Below are positions 14,259 through 24,947 of a DNA stretch of 64,000 nt, piece after piece (the first letter of the stretch is position 1; the number at the start of each line of letters is the position of its first letter). The stretch is taken from assembly GCA_947632565.1 (NCBI GenBank), contig CANRPT010000002.1, positions 17,120-81,119 on the forward strand, given 5' to 3'. The position numbers were made by a program, and so were the translations under genes. The notes below the pieces were generated by a model. That model saw nothing but the letters and a program-made list of their open reading frames with translations, ran no database searches and had not been told where the DNA came from. Origin of the DNA: an uncultured Bacilli bacterium. GTDB taxonomy: Bacteria > Bacillota_I > Bacilli_A > RF39 > UBA660.

Positions 14259-17200
14259 ATGTATAAATGCCCAAATAAAAATCTTCCAGAATGGAAGGAA
14301 CTTGAAAGAGTGGTACCAGAGGTTGCATACACTATCTGGGATATGAACAATGGTCATGGTATAGATAAGGCTCCGAATGGGGAGCCTTCTATCCTATTCT
14401 AGAATCTATTAGATTATTTTGATGGAAACAGAGATGAAGCTATAAGAGCAAAAGTAAAAATCTTTTCTATTCCATTTAAAAATTGGTTTGGTGATTGGAT
14501 TAACGATCCAAACGAATCTTCTAAAATAGTAGATAAAAATGGTGAGCCTTTAATTGTGTATCATTATAGTGACGCACAATTAACAGAATTTTCAACAGAA
14601 TATGACAATTATTTCTTTAAGTTTAAAGGAGGGACAAAATAGGCAATATTCTTTACTGCCAATCCAAGTCCTAAGAAAGGAACAGTATTAGATAGAAAAT
14701 ATAGAATACCTGTGTTCTTAAATGCTAGAAGCGTAATCGAGAAAACAGGTACTAAAGATGAAATTAGATAGTAGGGAGAAGATTTTGTATCTACTGTAAA
14801 TAGATCTGCTAAAGAAGCAGATGCTGCTATATTTCATAAATTTGATGATAATCAAGAGGTAAATCAAGAAATATATGTTGTTCACAAACCGAACAATATT
14901 AAATCTGTATAGGACAGTGGATATTTTACAGTAGATAATAATATTTACAGCCCTGTTGAATCCACTGTAGATTATTATTCTACAGAATTTAAAACATTTA
15001 GTGAAGACGAAATTAGAGTTTTAGAAGAAGTATCCAGTTTATATACAAAAATACAGAAGGGATTAAAAGATAGACTGAATGCTATCAAAAGATATTCTAG
15101 CAAAAATCCCAAAGTATGGAGAGATCTGCAAAACTTAATATAGAAATTATCTACATCAGAAACTGAACAAGGTATAATCCAATTTCTAGAACACGTTAGA
15201 GACTCCATAAACGATAGTAAGAATTTCTTAAGTAAGCCTATAGAAGAAATTAATGCTAAGTAGATACGACAACTATCTAATGATTATGTAGGGTTCTATA
15301 AACCTCTAATAGATAATATTCAATATATTGTTGATACTACAGATATATTTAAAGGAATAGATAACTATGATGATGTAATTAATCTAGTAGCAGAAATGTC
15401 CTAGTCTATAACTACTGTGAACAATAAATTTATAAATGTTCTCAAAAGTAAGGGGTATCAATATTTACGTCAATACCTTTCACAACAAGGCATGCCTGAT
15501 AGTTTCATTTAGGGTACTATTAATTGGCTAGATGATCCCAAACACGATTCAAGTATATTTATGAATTGGTTTGGAATGGCTACTAATAGTGATAATGCTG
15601 TTCAGCAAGCTATTGCTAAGATGTTGAATGATGTGAAGAACGCTACGGATAGACAAACTTTAGAAGTAGGCATTAGATTAGTAAAAGCACTGAATAAAGC
15701 AAAGGAAAAATATGGGAATGACGTATAGAAATTGCTTTATGAGAGAGACGATGATGGTAGTTATACTGGATATAGAGTAACTAGAATAAATTAGGGTAAG
15801 TATAATCGTACAAAGAAGCAATTCTTAGATAAACTTGCAAAACAATTAGGAATAACTAAAGATTCTAATGGTTAGTACGAATTACCACTAAATTAGGATA
15901 TATAGAAAAAGTGGTTTGATAGTATAAATAAATGGTACAATGATCACGCTGATAGAAAATATGTATCAGAATACTATACACTTAGAAATAAGATGTTGTC
16001 ATAGAAAACTAGAGATGCTCAATAGGAGATATAGAATTATATAGATAACATTACCAATCCTATTACTATAGATGGCATAGAATATGATAATCTATTAAGT
16101 GCATCCGAATATAATCAACTATAGGAATTGCGTAAACAAAAAAAGATGTTAGCAAATCCATATAATTTGGATGGAAGTGAAAAGACAGGTGATGACGCCC
16201 TAATAGCCAAAGAACTTATAGCTTTTAATGAAGAAGTATCAAAACATATCAAATATGATACAGATATATAGAAATATCAGGCAGATAGATCTAAAGTAGC
16301 TAAAAGATATGGCGATAATTCAGAATAGTTAAAATTGTGGGAAGAGCGTAATACTGTTGAAAGATATAATTAGGCTTTCTACGATAGAATAGATAGTTTA
16401 GACAAAACTCCATAGTCAGATACCTATGAACGTCTAAGAACTAGAAGAAGAAATTTATTATCTTTGTATAAAGATCCTAATACAGGTAAAATAAACACAG
16501 ATGCTATATCTGATGCTGAAAAGAGAGATCTGTTACAGCTAGATCAAGATATAGCTTCTTCATATTCTCCGAGTTAGGATACAGAAAGAAAAGGTCCTCG
16601 ATTGTCTGATTTTGCAGAAATAGCTACTACAGAGCAATATCATATAGATATGGAAAAAGCTAGAAACAATGGTACATTAGCATACAATGATTGGTTCAAC
16701 AGAAGTCACTATGAAGATGTTAGAGGATTTATGAGACCGGCATCATTTTATACTGAACTTAGACCATTACCACAATTTATGGATCAATATAAAGAAAGGG
16801 TTCCTTCTATAAAATACTCATCAATATCGCCCAGTTCTGATTGGTATAATTCTAACTGGGATCCAAATGGTCCGTCTATTTAGCCTAATAAAAAGTTGTA
16901 TGATAATAGTAAAGCTTATAATGCTGTATTGAATAAACCAGAAGTAAAACAACTATATGATGAGATAGAAGCTATTATGGACGAAGCTAACAAGTATGTA
17001 TCTTTTATGTAGTTTGCTAATGATCATAGAATGCCTCAAATACCTGCTAGATTTATGCAATCTTTGAGCCGTAAAGATGGTGTACTAGATAAATTAGGAT
17101 ATGTTTTTGAAGATTTTGCTACTACTAAAGATGATGACTTAGACTTCGTGAACGAATTTTCTACTATGCCTAATGGAGATCCAATTAAAGTAATACCTAC

Positions 17201-18818
17201 TAGATTTATAAAGATGTTAGATGATCCTAATATAATATCTACTGATGCTGTTGCAGCTGTAGTTTAGTATTATAATATGGCTGCTAATTATCGTAATATG
17301 TCAGAAAAATAGGATGACGTAGAAATGATGTTAAATCTACTGAAATAGGTATCTATTCGCACTAAAAAAGAACTTAAAGGCGCAGGATCTACAAATGTAT
17401 ATAAGTAGTCTTAGTTATTAGTAGATAGATTAATGTATGGAAGGAATAAATCTCCTATATTAATGAATGCATTTGGTAAAGAATTAAATGTAGGTAAAAT
17501 GTTAGACATAGTTAGAGGGTTTGTTACAAAAGTAAATCTATCTGGTAATCTATGGTCTATTGGAACCGGATTTTTTACTGATGTAACATATATCACTTTA
17601 GAGGCTAAAATGGGAAGATTTTTTGACTTAGAAGATCTTAGGTATGCTTAGACAGAATTTTCTAGAGAATTACCAAACATGTTATCTAACATAGGTAATC
17701 CAGATCCTAAAGGTAAATTACCATATTTATTAGCTCTTAATCAAGTAGTAAAAGATAATTAGGAACTATTTGACAGATTAGATGAAAGCTAGGTATTAAG
17801 ATCTATAAATTAGAATTTTTGGTTTGCAGGATATACTCAAGCAGACTATACTGTAAAAAGTCATACTCTTATAAGTATCTATCATAATTATCGTTTCGTT
17901 AAAGGAGATGGTTTTTTATCTAAATCATAGTATATAGGTAAATATTATCCTAACGATAGAAAAAGAGGAGAAGTAAATTTCAAATAGTTAGGTGTTACTT
18001 TATATGATGCATATATAGTACAGAATAATGGAGACGTTACAGTAGATACTAAGTATAAGGACTATATTACTGAAAAATTATTAAACGACGTAAAAAATAG
18101 AATACAAATAATAAGTAAGAGAATAGACGGTACTATACGTGAAGTAGATAAAGCGTAGGTTCATGCTAATTCTATAGCATCCTATACAGTCATGCATCGT
18201 AATTTTATGGTATCTGCTTTACACGATAGATTCAAAAGAAGGTAGTTTAATTTAGATTTAGGAGTAATAGAAGAAGGGTATTATAGAGTTACAGGTAGAT
18301 TTCTACAAAATGTTATAGGAAATAGACATTTCGCTTTAACTTAGTTATTAGCCGATTATGATAACATGAAGGAGTATGAGCAATATGCTGTTCGTAGAAC
18401 TTTAAATGAATTAATGTTAATAGCAGGATCTACTACAGTTGCTGTAATACTAGCTAGTATAGTAGACGGAGATGATGATTATGATACTTGGTTGACTTAG
18501 TCCGTAACTTATCTTGCAATGAGGTCTGCTTTTGAATTTCGAACTATGTATAATCCATTTGAATTAATGTCTCTAATTAAATCTCCTACAGCAGCTTTCA
18601 ATTGGTTTGATAATGCATCTAGTTTTATTAACTTAGTTAATCCATTTGCGTATACAGGTAATAAAACGCCATTTACTATAATTGATAGAGGAGTATACAA
18701 AGGCATGCCTGTAATACTAAGAAACATTATTAAAGTAACTCCATTTAAAAGTATGTTTGAAGCTCAAGATCCAAAATCGAAACGTAATTATTTACAAAAT
18801 CAATTGATGAACTTCTAA
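14259..18818 (+). CDS. Large virion/ejected-cargo-like protein (1,519 codons), TAG read as sense; hydrophobic segment near C-terminus
   Basis: ATG at 14259. ORF-track fragments 16602, 17031, 17433 and 18519 share this frame (pos mod 3 = 0). I counted 23 in-frame TAG between 14259 and 16600 and no TAA or TGA before TAA 18816-18818. Confidence 0.7.
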
Positions 18819-18864
18819 GTTTCTATTCAAATTATCAATTCGTTGAAATTACTGCAAAAAAGAA

Positions 18865-18888
18865 AAGCCTACTAGAAATAGTAGGCTT
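18865..18888. terminator. Bidirectional hairpin terminator between convergent operons
   Basis: AAGCCTACTA-gaaa-TAGTAGGCTT is a perfect 10-bp stem with an A-run upstream and T-rich sequence downstream. It sits between the + operon end (18818) and the - gene end (18887). Confidence 0.6.
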
Positions 18889-19411
18889 ATTTGTTATCTT
18901 TGTCTATTAGATCTAGATAACTATAATAGTCTTCTTCTGGTAATTCAGCCTCTATAGTTTCACCATTCCTATAATGAGGATAAAATAAACGTTTAGATAG
19001 TTCTGGAACTGGCACGTTAGTCCAGAATCTATTTATATCAAGCGTAGCTTCTAAACTAAATGTTTTACCATAATTTTTAAGACTATTAATATCTTTTTTG
19101 TACTTAGGATTACTGAAACAATAAATTGTATATGGCTTATTGTTTATAGTAATATATTTAATATTATAAATAGTATCAAGATTTTTAAGCTTACAGTATC
19201 TATCTAGAGATTCTCTAGTATTTACTGAACTATCGTATACAAGAAAGACCTTATCTTCTAAATAAGGTCTATTTTTGTCACTTGTATATGCATTTATAAA
19301 TCCACTTTCTACAGTTAAATCTCTCCAAGTTAGATTATCATCTAATAAAGGAACTATATATATACTTACATCATTTAAGGCTTTCAGTTCCATTTCCTTC
19401 GTAATATTCAC
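18887..19411 (-). CDS. Hypothetical protein
   Basis: Intact standard-code ORF (174 aa, TAA stop), packed against its neighbour. No motif recognised. Confidence 0.6.
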   Translation of the reverse strand: MNITKEMELKALNDVSIYIVPLLDDNLTWRDLTVESGFINAYTSDKNRPYLEDKVFLVYDSSVNTRESLDRYCKLKNLDTIYNIKYITINNKPYTIYCFSNPKYKKDINSLKNYGKTFSLEATLDINRFWTNVPVPELSKRLFYPHYRNGETIEAELPEEDYYSYLDLIDKDNK

Positions 19412-20360
19412 GAGTATGGTCCCAATTTCCTGTCTGATAATGGTATGAAATTTCTGTTAAAGTATCTGCTATTAGGTCTTTACGGTCTAATAACTCTTTT
19501 TCGTTTAACATATTAAATACTCTTACTTCATTATTACCATTGCTTTGAATTGCAATAATGTATGCTTCTAAATCAAATTCCTCTATATTATATCCTAGAT
19601 CAGACATATACCATGTAAGAGCTAAAATATAGAATGCAATTTGTCTATAGTAGTCATATTCTTCTACAGAATGCTTAAAATTATAAACATCTGCTGTAGT
19701 TTTTAAGTCTATAAGGATTATCTTCTTATTAACAAAATCAATTTTAACTCTGTCTAATAAGGACTTACAAGATACTCCTTGTTTTGTTGCTTCCCAGTTT
19801 ATATGAAACTCATTATTGCAGTCCCAACCAGGATTATTTGTAAGTAAATCTTTTGCTTTTTTGTGATTATTAATATTCTCTTCTATTCGTTTAAGCATAT
19901 TTAAATCAGCAAATGATATTACTGTAAATGTTTGATTTTTATCTAAAAATTCAATATACTCTGCAAACTTGAGTTGTAACTCTTTTGCTTTCTTTAACAT
20001 TGCATCTTTAGACATGTTATTACCAGAGTATGCAGATTTATATGCATCTAGTAATTTATCTTCTTCTAATAATTCTGTAGAATGAAAATAACGTTCACAA
20101 AATGCAATCTGCTGTGCTGTTTTAGGCTTCTCATAGTCAATAATCATATAATTATGCCAGAATTCATCTGGCTGAAGTAAGTACATGTGTATCATAGTAC
20201 CTTTTTCAAGATACTTTCCACTTATACCCTCTTCTTTACCGTCAAGCATATCCTTGAGGTAACGTGGTCCTTTTTTCAAGAACCACCCTATTGCACTATT
20301 GGAGATTCTTGATGAATCAGAGTAATATTCACAATCTATTATCATTCGTAATATCTCCAT
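19371..20360 (-). CDS. Putative PD-(D/E)XK (RecB/Cas4-like) nuclease
   Basis: 329-aa ORF with an IILIDLKTT core resembling the D...(D/E)xK motif. Located in the replication/recombination neighbourhood. Motif memory only. Confidence 0.5.
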   Translation of the reverse strand: MEILRMIIDCEYYSDSSRISNSAIGWFLKKGPRYLKDMLDGKEEGISGKYLEKGTMIHMYLLQPDEFWHNYMIIDYEKPKTAQQIAFCERYFHSTELLEEDKLLDAYKSAYSGNNMSKDAMLKKAKELQLKFAEYIEFLDKNQTFTVISFADLNMLKRIEENINNHKKAKDLLTNNPGWDCNNEFHINWEATKQGVSCKSLLDRVKIDFVNKKIILIDLKTTADVYNFKHSVEEYDYYRQIAFYILALTWYMSDLGYNIEEFDLEAYIIAIQSNGNNEVRVFNMLNEKELLDRKDLIADTLTEISYHYQTGNWDHTREYYEGNGTESLK

Positions 20361-20887
20361 TTAAAACCACAACAATGATTACGTTCTCCTTTACAACATT
20401 TTATTATATTAGAACTTTTAATATTATATTCGTTAGCAGCTTCTTTAATACTATTCCACCGCCTTAATTCATTCATGTCTAAATCATACTGAATTATTTT
20501 TCTAATAATATTATTCTTACTTCTTCTTAAATTAATACTTTTATAAGTATTATTATACTTATAACTGCACCATTCTAAGTTTTCTATATTATTATTAGTT
20601 TTATTTTCATCTTTATGATTTACGCATTGTAAATTATTAGGGTTATCTAAAAAGTGTTCTGCTACTAATCTATGAATTAATAATGTTTTATGTGTATTAT
20701 CTTTTGATAATACAACATATTCATAACCAGCTGTTGTAGTATTTGTTTTACGTATTTTTTCTCTGATCGTTTGAAAAGTATTCTTAACTTTAGAAGGTAC
20801 TTTTCTTTCAAGAGATTTTACTTTACCAGTATTGCTTATCTGATAACTATTTTCAAAACCTTTTATATCTTTCCAAATTTCCGTCAT
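20342..20887 (-). mobile_element. HNH homing endonuclease (NUMOD4-like N-terminus, HNH_3 core)
   Basis: EIWKDIKGFENSYQISNTGKVKS at the N-terminus, then HRLVAEHF...NHKDENKTNNNIENLEW. It is wedged between, and overlaps, flanking genes. Confidence 0.8.
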
Positions 20888-20943
20888 AAATCTTTTTTTC
20901 GTTTAATATCTATAACGTAATCTTTATAATAAGGTTTCTATTT

Positions 20944-21819
20944 TCATGCTGCTTCTTCTAATTCTACTTTAGGAGTATCTTCTTCCTCATCATAATCACT
21001 ACAGAAACTCCCAGAAGTATCCCATTCGTTATTGTCTTCTTCTAGGGCCTTTATAAATTCTTTCTGCATATCAAGAAGAGTATTACACTCTTCTAAAGTA
21101 AGAGGTTTATTTCCATTTAGTTTAAAATAGTCTCTTATAACAAGTCTTAAATACTCTATAAATTCGGTTTTTAATGTAATTTCTTCTTGTGTCATAAAAT
21201 CTAATGTTACTATATTTAAATCTTTTTTAAAGTTATAACTATTATCTAGTATAGAACAGTTATATTTTCTGTGATTTTTATTAGATACTCCTTCGTGCCA
21301 ATGTCCAAATAAATGAACTTTGGATTTACCAAAAGTATAATGTCCTAATGCGTTATTATAATTGGGATTATCATGAGTAATTAGTATATCACATTTTGGT
21401 ATCTTATTATATAGTTCATTATCTTGCAATTCAAATGCCCACCTTCCTTGCTGAAACAAAATAGGGTTTATCCAAGGTGTTCCGTAGAAACTAACTCCTT
21501 TATAAGTGTAAGACTCATCAATAAGCATTTCTACTTTATCATTAGTTATAGCTCTCATAAGTGCTTTAACTACTTCCCATGTTCCTTCAATATACATTCT
21601 TTCAAGATAGAAATCATGATTTCCAGGTACTATTATTACTTTATTGCACGGTAGATTATTTATCCATTTAATAAAGTCTTCAGTAAACCATTTATCAGAT
21701 TCTTTTATATCTCTCTGAATATTTAAAGGAACTATATCACCACAAATGCACAATACATCGCACTTAGGAATCTCATTATATAGATTCCCATGTATATCAC
21801 TAATTCCACATATTTTCAT
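20944..21819 (-). CDS. Calcineurin-like metallophosphoesterase
   Basis: Ordered motifs ISDIHGN, CGDIV, VPGNHD, GHWHE. Confidence 0.8.
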   Translation of the reverse strand: MKICGISDIHGNLYNEIPKCDVLCICGDIVPLNIQRDIKESDKWFTEDFIKWINNLPCNKVIIVPGNHDFYLERMYIEGTWEVVKALMRAITNDKVEMLIDESYTYKGVSFYGTPWINPILFQQGRWAFELQDNELYNKIPKCDILITHDNPNYNNALGHYTFGKSKVHLFGHWHEGVSNKNHRKYNCSILDNSYNFKKDLNIVTLDFMTQEEITLKTEFIEYLRLVIRDYFKLNGNKPLTLEECNTLLDMQKEFIKALEEDNNEWDTSGSFCSDYDEEEDTPKVELEEAA

Positions 21820-21870
21820 ATTGTAAGAATTTAGTAAGTTTATAAATAAGTATTGAATAAAATAGTATCA

Positions 21871-22719
21871 TTAGAATAGATCTTCAATTATTTCATCCTC
21901 ATCAGAAATATTAGTTCCTGTTCTTATTACTCCATTTAAGCTAAGATTCATATCTTTAACTAATTCATCTAATGGAATATCTTCGAAGAGAACAACTTCA
22001 TCTAAGAATGCTGAAATATTATCAAATGATTTAACTTCCATATGCTCGACAATGAAGTTCACGACTTCATCTATATTCTTTATTCCTTTATCTTCTGCCA
22101 TACAGCGTACAAATACAGAATTAGAGTTTGCTTTGTATTCTTTAAAATAACGAACACGTGAACAACGATCAAAGAAGTTATCGTCTATCTGATCTGTTTT
22201 GTTACAGGTCATCAATACTAGTTTTTTAGATGTAGCTTCCACACCGTCTAAGAATCCTAATAGATCCTTAGTTTCCCACCAATAAGTGTTTTTTTCAATC
22301 TCATCAAACATAACTACTACAGGAGTAGTAAAATGTTTAAAGAAACTAGTAAGTTTATTAGCAGGGTAGTCGTTTGCGACTATGATAATAGGTAAATTAC
22401 TTTCTAGGGCAATACGTTTAGAGAGCATTGTTTTGCCTGTACCTTTAGTACCTGCAAGCAATATACCGGTTGTCTTTCCAGAATTATCAGAATTAAAATA
22501 ACTTAATACACGTTTGATAAATTTATTATCTTCTTCTAGTTTGTATAATTTCTTTGGCATGTTCAAATCACCATTTTCTTTGAGATAAGATTTACCTTGC
22601 ATTCTATCATACTCTAGATCGTATACTTTGTTACTTATGAGTTCATAAGAAATACCTTCTAACTTAGGTTTAACTGTAATCTCATTTCCGATCTTAATAA
22701 ATTCTGCCATAATATTCAT
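21871..22719 (-). CDS. AAA+ ATPase
   Basis: Walker A LAGTKGTGKT and Walker B VVVMFDEIE. Confidence 0.75.
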   Translation of the reverse strand: MNIMAEFIKIGNEITVKPKLEGISYELISNKVYDLEYDRMQGKSYLKENGDLNMPKKLYKLEEDNKFIKRVLSYFNSDNSGKTTGILLAGTKGTGKTMLSKRIALESNLPIIIVANDYPANKLTSFFKHFTTPVVVMFDEIEKNTYWWETKDLLGFLDGVEATSKKLVLMTCNKTDQIDDNFFDRCSRVRYFKEYKANSNSVFVRCMAEDKGIKNIDEVVNFIVEHMEVKSFDNISAFLDEVVLFEDIPLDELVKDMNLSLNGVIRTGTNISDEDEIIEDLF

Positions 22720-22722
22720 TTT

Positions 22723-23103
22723 TTATGTTTTCAACTTGCTGATTAACTCATCAACTTGTTTCTGTGTATGTACCACATAAAACGCTGTATTAGGTTCATG
22801 TGTGTACAAATAGTAGTTAAATAACTTTTCACGTAAAGGCCAAGCTTCATTAGGAAAGCCTTTACATTCAATCACAAAACCTTTACCAACAAAGTCTGGT
22901 AAATAGGTTATTGCTCTATATTTTTTGTTGTTAAAAGTAAAAGCTGGAAGTAGTTCGTATCTATATATTTCATAATCTGCTATGATATTTGCTTCTTTCA
23001 GCTTTTTGTATGTATATGTTTCAAGTTTACTTCGAAATTTAATTCCGTCATATTCATTAGGGGTTGTATTTCGAACTCTACCTTGTTTTTTCTATTTCTT
23101 CAT
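22723..23103 (-). CDS. DUF1064-type (PD-(D/E)XK-like, resolvase-like) nuclease; TAG at codon 4
   Basis: Not in the ORF track. Reads MKK-TAG-KKQGRVRNTTPNEYDGIKFRSKLE...RAITYLPDF...VIECKG...REKLF, and I verified every codon. The only start in frame is ATG 23101-23103, followed by TAG at 23092-23094. Overlaps the primase 3' end by 26 nt; TAA stop at 22723-22725. Confidence 0.6.
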
Positions 23104-24058
23104 ATAACCAATTTTTTACTTTTTCAAATCCATTAGCTTTAATAGCATCAGAAATGTCTTTTGCTTTAAACTTTTTATGGACTAGCATGCCTTCTAAACC
23201 TGTTTTCTGGCTCATTTTGCGAAGGTATCTTACTCCAGCTTCATCTCTATCGAATAGTATAATAATGCGCTTAAAACGTTTCTTAAGTCTATCTAATACC
23301 TTTTCAGGTATAAAAGTTGATTCTGAAGACGGAGATATTGCTGGTATCCCCATTTCGTATAAACACATGACGTCTTTCATACTCTTTGTAATAATGAGTA
23401 TATCTCCAGTCTTAGGTAACTGTTTATAACCTTGAATATCTAATTCAGTTAGGTTATTACGCCATTTTGTATATTTGTCTGCTAAAGGTTTATATATCTT
23501 AAAATGATTATAAACTTTATATGCATACATTGGATTATCTTCTTTGTAAACGCTTTTTACTATGCCGTTGCATAGGTAGTACTTTATACTACTTACTCCA
23601 AACTTCTTTAAAGTATCTACCGTAATATTAAAATGCTTCCAGTAATTGATGTCAGTATCAGTGAAATTCTGACGTACTACACCAATTACTGTTTCAGTTG
23701 ACGGTATATATTGCTTAGAGCTAACTAATTGCGTATCTTTAGTAATTTTAAGTTTCTGAATAATATCCTTAAGTATATCATTATAATTTGTTAATCCAGT
23801 ATAAATACTTACAAATTTAATAACGTTACCGCATTCTCCAGTTCCATGATCTTTAAACATTAACTGTTTACTAGTTCTACTATAGAAACATCCAAATGAT
23901 GGGTTTCTATCTTTACGAAACGGACTATTGTAAATCATTCCTACTTTAAAATTACCTATATACGCAGCATATATATCATACTCCGTTACTTTAGAAAGTA
24001 TATAATCTAAAGTAATATTATCATTATCGTTTATTATTTTCGTTGTATCGTAAATCAT
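23078..24058 (-). CDS. DnaG-like DNA primase (TOPRIM)
   Basis: Degenerate CHC2-like SPFRKDRNPSF and TOPRIM DxD motif IILFDRDEAG. Ends in TAG, which is used as a stop here. Confidence 0.75.
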   Translation of the reverse strand: MIYDTTKIINDNDNITLDYILSKVTEYDIYAAYIGNFKVGMIYNSPFRKDRNPSFGCFYSRTSKQLMFKDHGTGECGNVIKFVSIYTGLTNYNDILKDIIQKLKITKDTQLVSSKQYIPSTETVIGVVRQNFTDTDINYWKHFNITVDTLKKFGVSSIKYYLCNGIVKSVYKEDNPMYAYKVYNHFKIYKPLADKYTKWRNNLTELDIQGYKQLPKTGDILIITKSMKDVMCLYEMGIPAISPSSESTFIPEKVLDRLKKRFKRIIILFDRDEAGVRYLRKMSQKTGLEGMLVHKKFKAKDISDAIKANGFEKVKNWLYEEIEKTR

Positions 24059-24074
24059 ATGATATATTTTTTAG

Positions 24075-24161
24075 TAGGAGTATAGAGATTCGAACTCTAT
24101 AACAAATAAGAAATATATCTTTTTCTTATTTATACCATGTCCTAGAATATCTAGAACTCCT
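24075..24161 (-). tRNA. tRNA-like element with the anticodon arm replaced by a 12-bp AT-rich hairpin
   Basis: On the minus strand: acceptor AGGAGT/ACTCCT, T-arm TAGAG-TTCGAAT-CTCTA, D-like stem CTAG-ATATT-CTAG. The central hairpin is ATAAATAAGAAA-AAGATATA-TTTCTTATTTGT. No readable anticodon. Confidence 0.4.
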
Positions 24162-24168
24162 ATTTAAA

Positions 24169-24283
24169 AACGTAGGTTGTGTACTATTTTCAGTCTATGC
24201 ATTTTGCGCCTCCGACACACCTTACTTACAAGGTATTACCCCCGTTAGTTACTTGCTCACATAGTGGTACACTAACCTACGTA
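24169..24283. other. Structured intergenic element closed by a long-range helix
   Basis: ACGTAGGTTGTGTAC (24169-24183) pairs with GTACACTAACCTACGT (24268-24283) with a 1-nt bulge, enclosing about 85 nt that looks G+C-richer by eye. Confidence 0.3.
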
Positions 24284-24330
24284 TTCCTAGCTTATGCTCT
24301 AGGTAGCAACTATTATTTTATTTTTCTTCT

Positions 24331-24933
24331 TTAAAAAGGAAGATCACCTGCTGAATCAGAAGATGTTTCCATTAGAGGATTAGTATCCTTAGTTTCTACA
24401 TCTGCTATTACAGGTTTAGTAAATTGGTCTATACTCAATTCTGCAATTTTACTCTTTTCTCCTTCAGGAAGATTCATCGGTTCGATAAAAGTAAATTTAC
24501 AATAATTAGGCAATGTAGTATATCCCTTTTTATTATATACTATCTTTACTCTAAGTAAAATATTCTTGTTTGCTGCATTTAGCATCATAGCAACCCAATC
24601 AACAAAGTCTTTATAAGAAGAACCAGCAAATACTAGCGCTTCTTTAGGATAGAAACATTCAAGAATTTGCATAATTCTTTTAACTTGTTTACTACCTCTA
24701 GTTTGACATTCCTCATCAGACTCTCCAGGTTTCTTAGTAGATTCCCATTCTGTATGAGTTAAATCTTGTCCTTCTTTAGTAAATTTTACTTCAAGAAAGA
24801 TATTTTCGTTAATAGACTTGTCAACTTTTGCTCCTACAAGCTGTACGTCTTCATGGATACCTGCTTCCAAGTATTTACTTTTTAAAACGTCTGTAGTCTC
24901 TATTTTGTTTGCTAATTCTGTGCTATAAATCAT
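24331..24933 (-). CDS. Putative single-stranded DNA-binding protein
   Basis: 200-aa ORF with an acidic C-terminal tail ending SSDSAGDLPF, like SSB C-terminal tips. Adjacent to a RecA-like ATPase. Confidence 0.5.
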   Translation of the reverse strand: MIYSTELANKIETTDVLKSKYLEAGIHEDVQLVGAKVDKSINENIFLEVKFTKEGQDLTHTEWESTKKPGESDEECQTRGSKQVKRIMQILECFYPKEALVFAGSSYKDFVDWVAMMLNAANKNILLRVKIVYNKKGYTTLPNYCKFTFIEPMNLPEGEKSKIAELSIDQFTKPVIADVETKDTNPLMETSSDSAGDLPF

Positions 24934-24947
24934 AACTTAATCATTTT

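Noticed and set aside
21424-23429. Plus-strand ORFs 21424-21654 and 23064-23429, and analogous plus-strand ORFs in the leftward block (20264, 27127, 27284, 30252, 31126, 31674, 35432, 36708, 36860, 37574, 38270, 40827, 42244, 42371)
   Set aside because: They are fully embedded antisense in well-supported minus-strand genes with recognisable motifs. Their composition is antisense-like.
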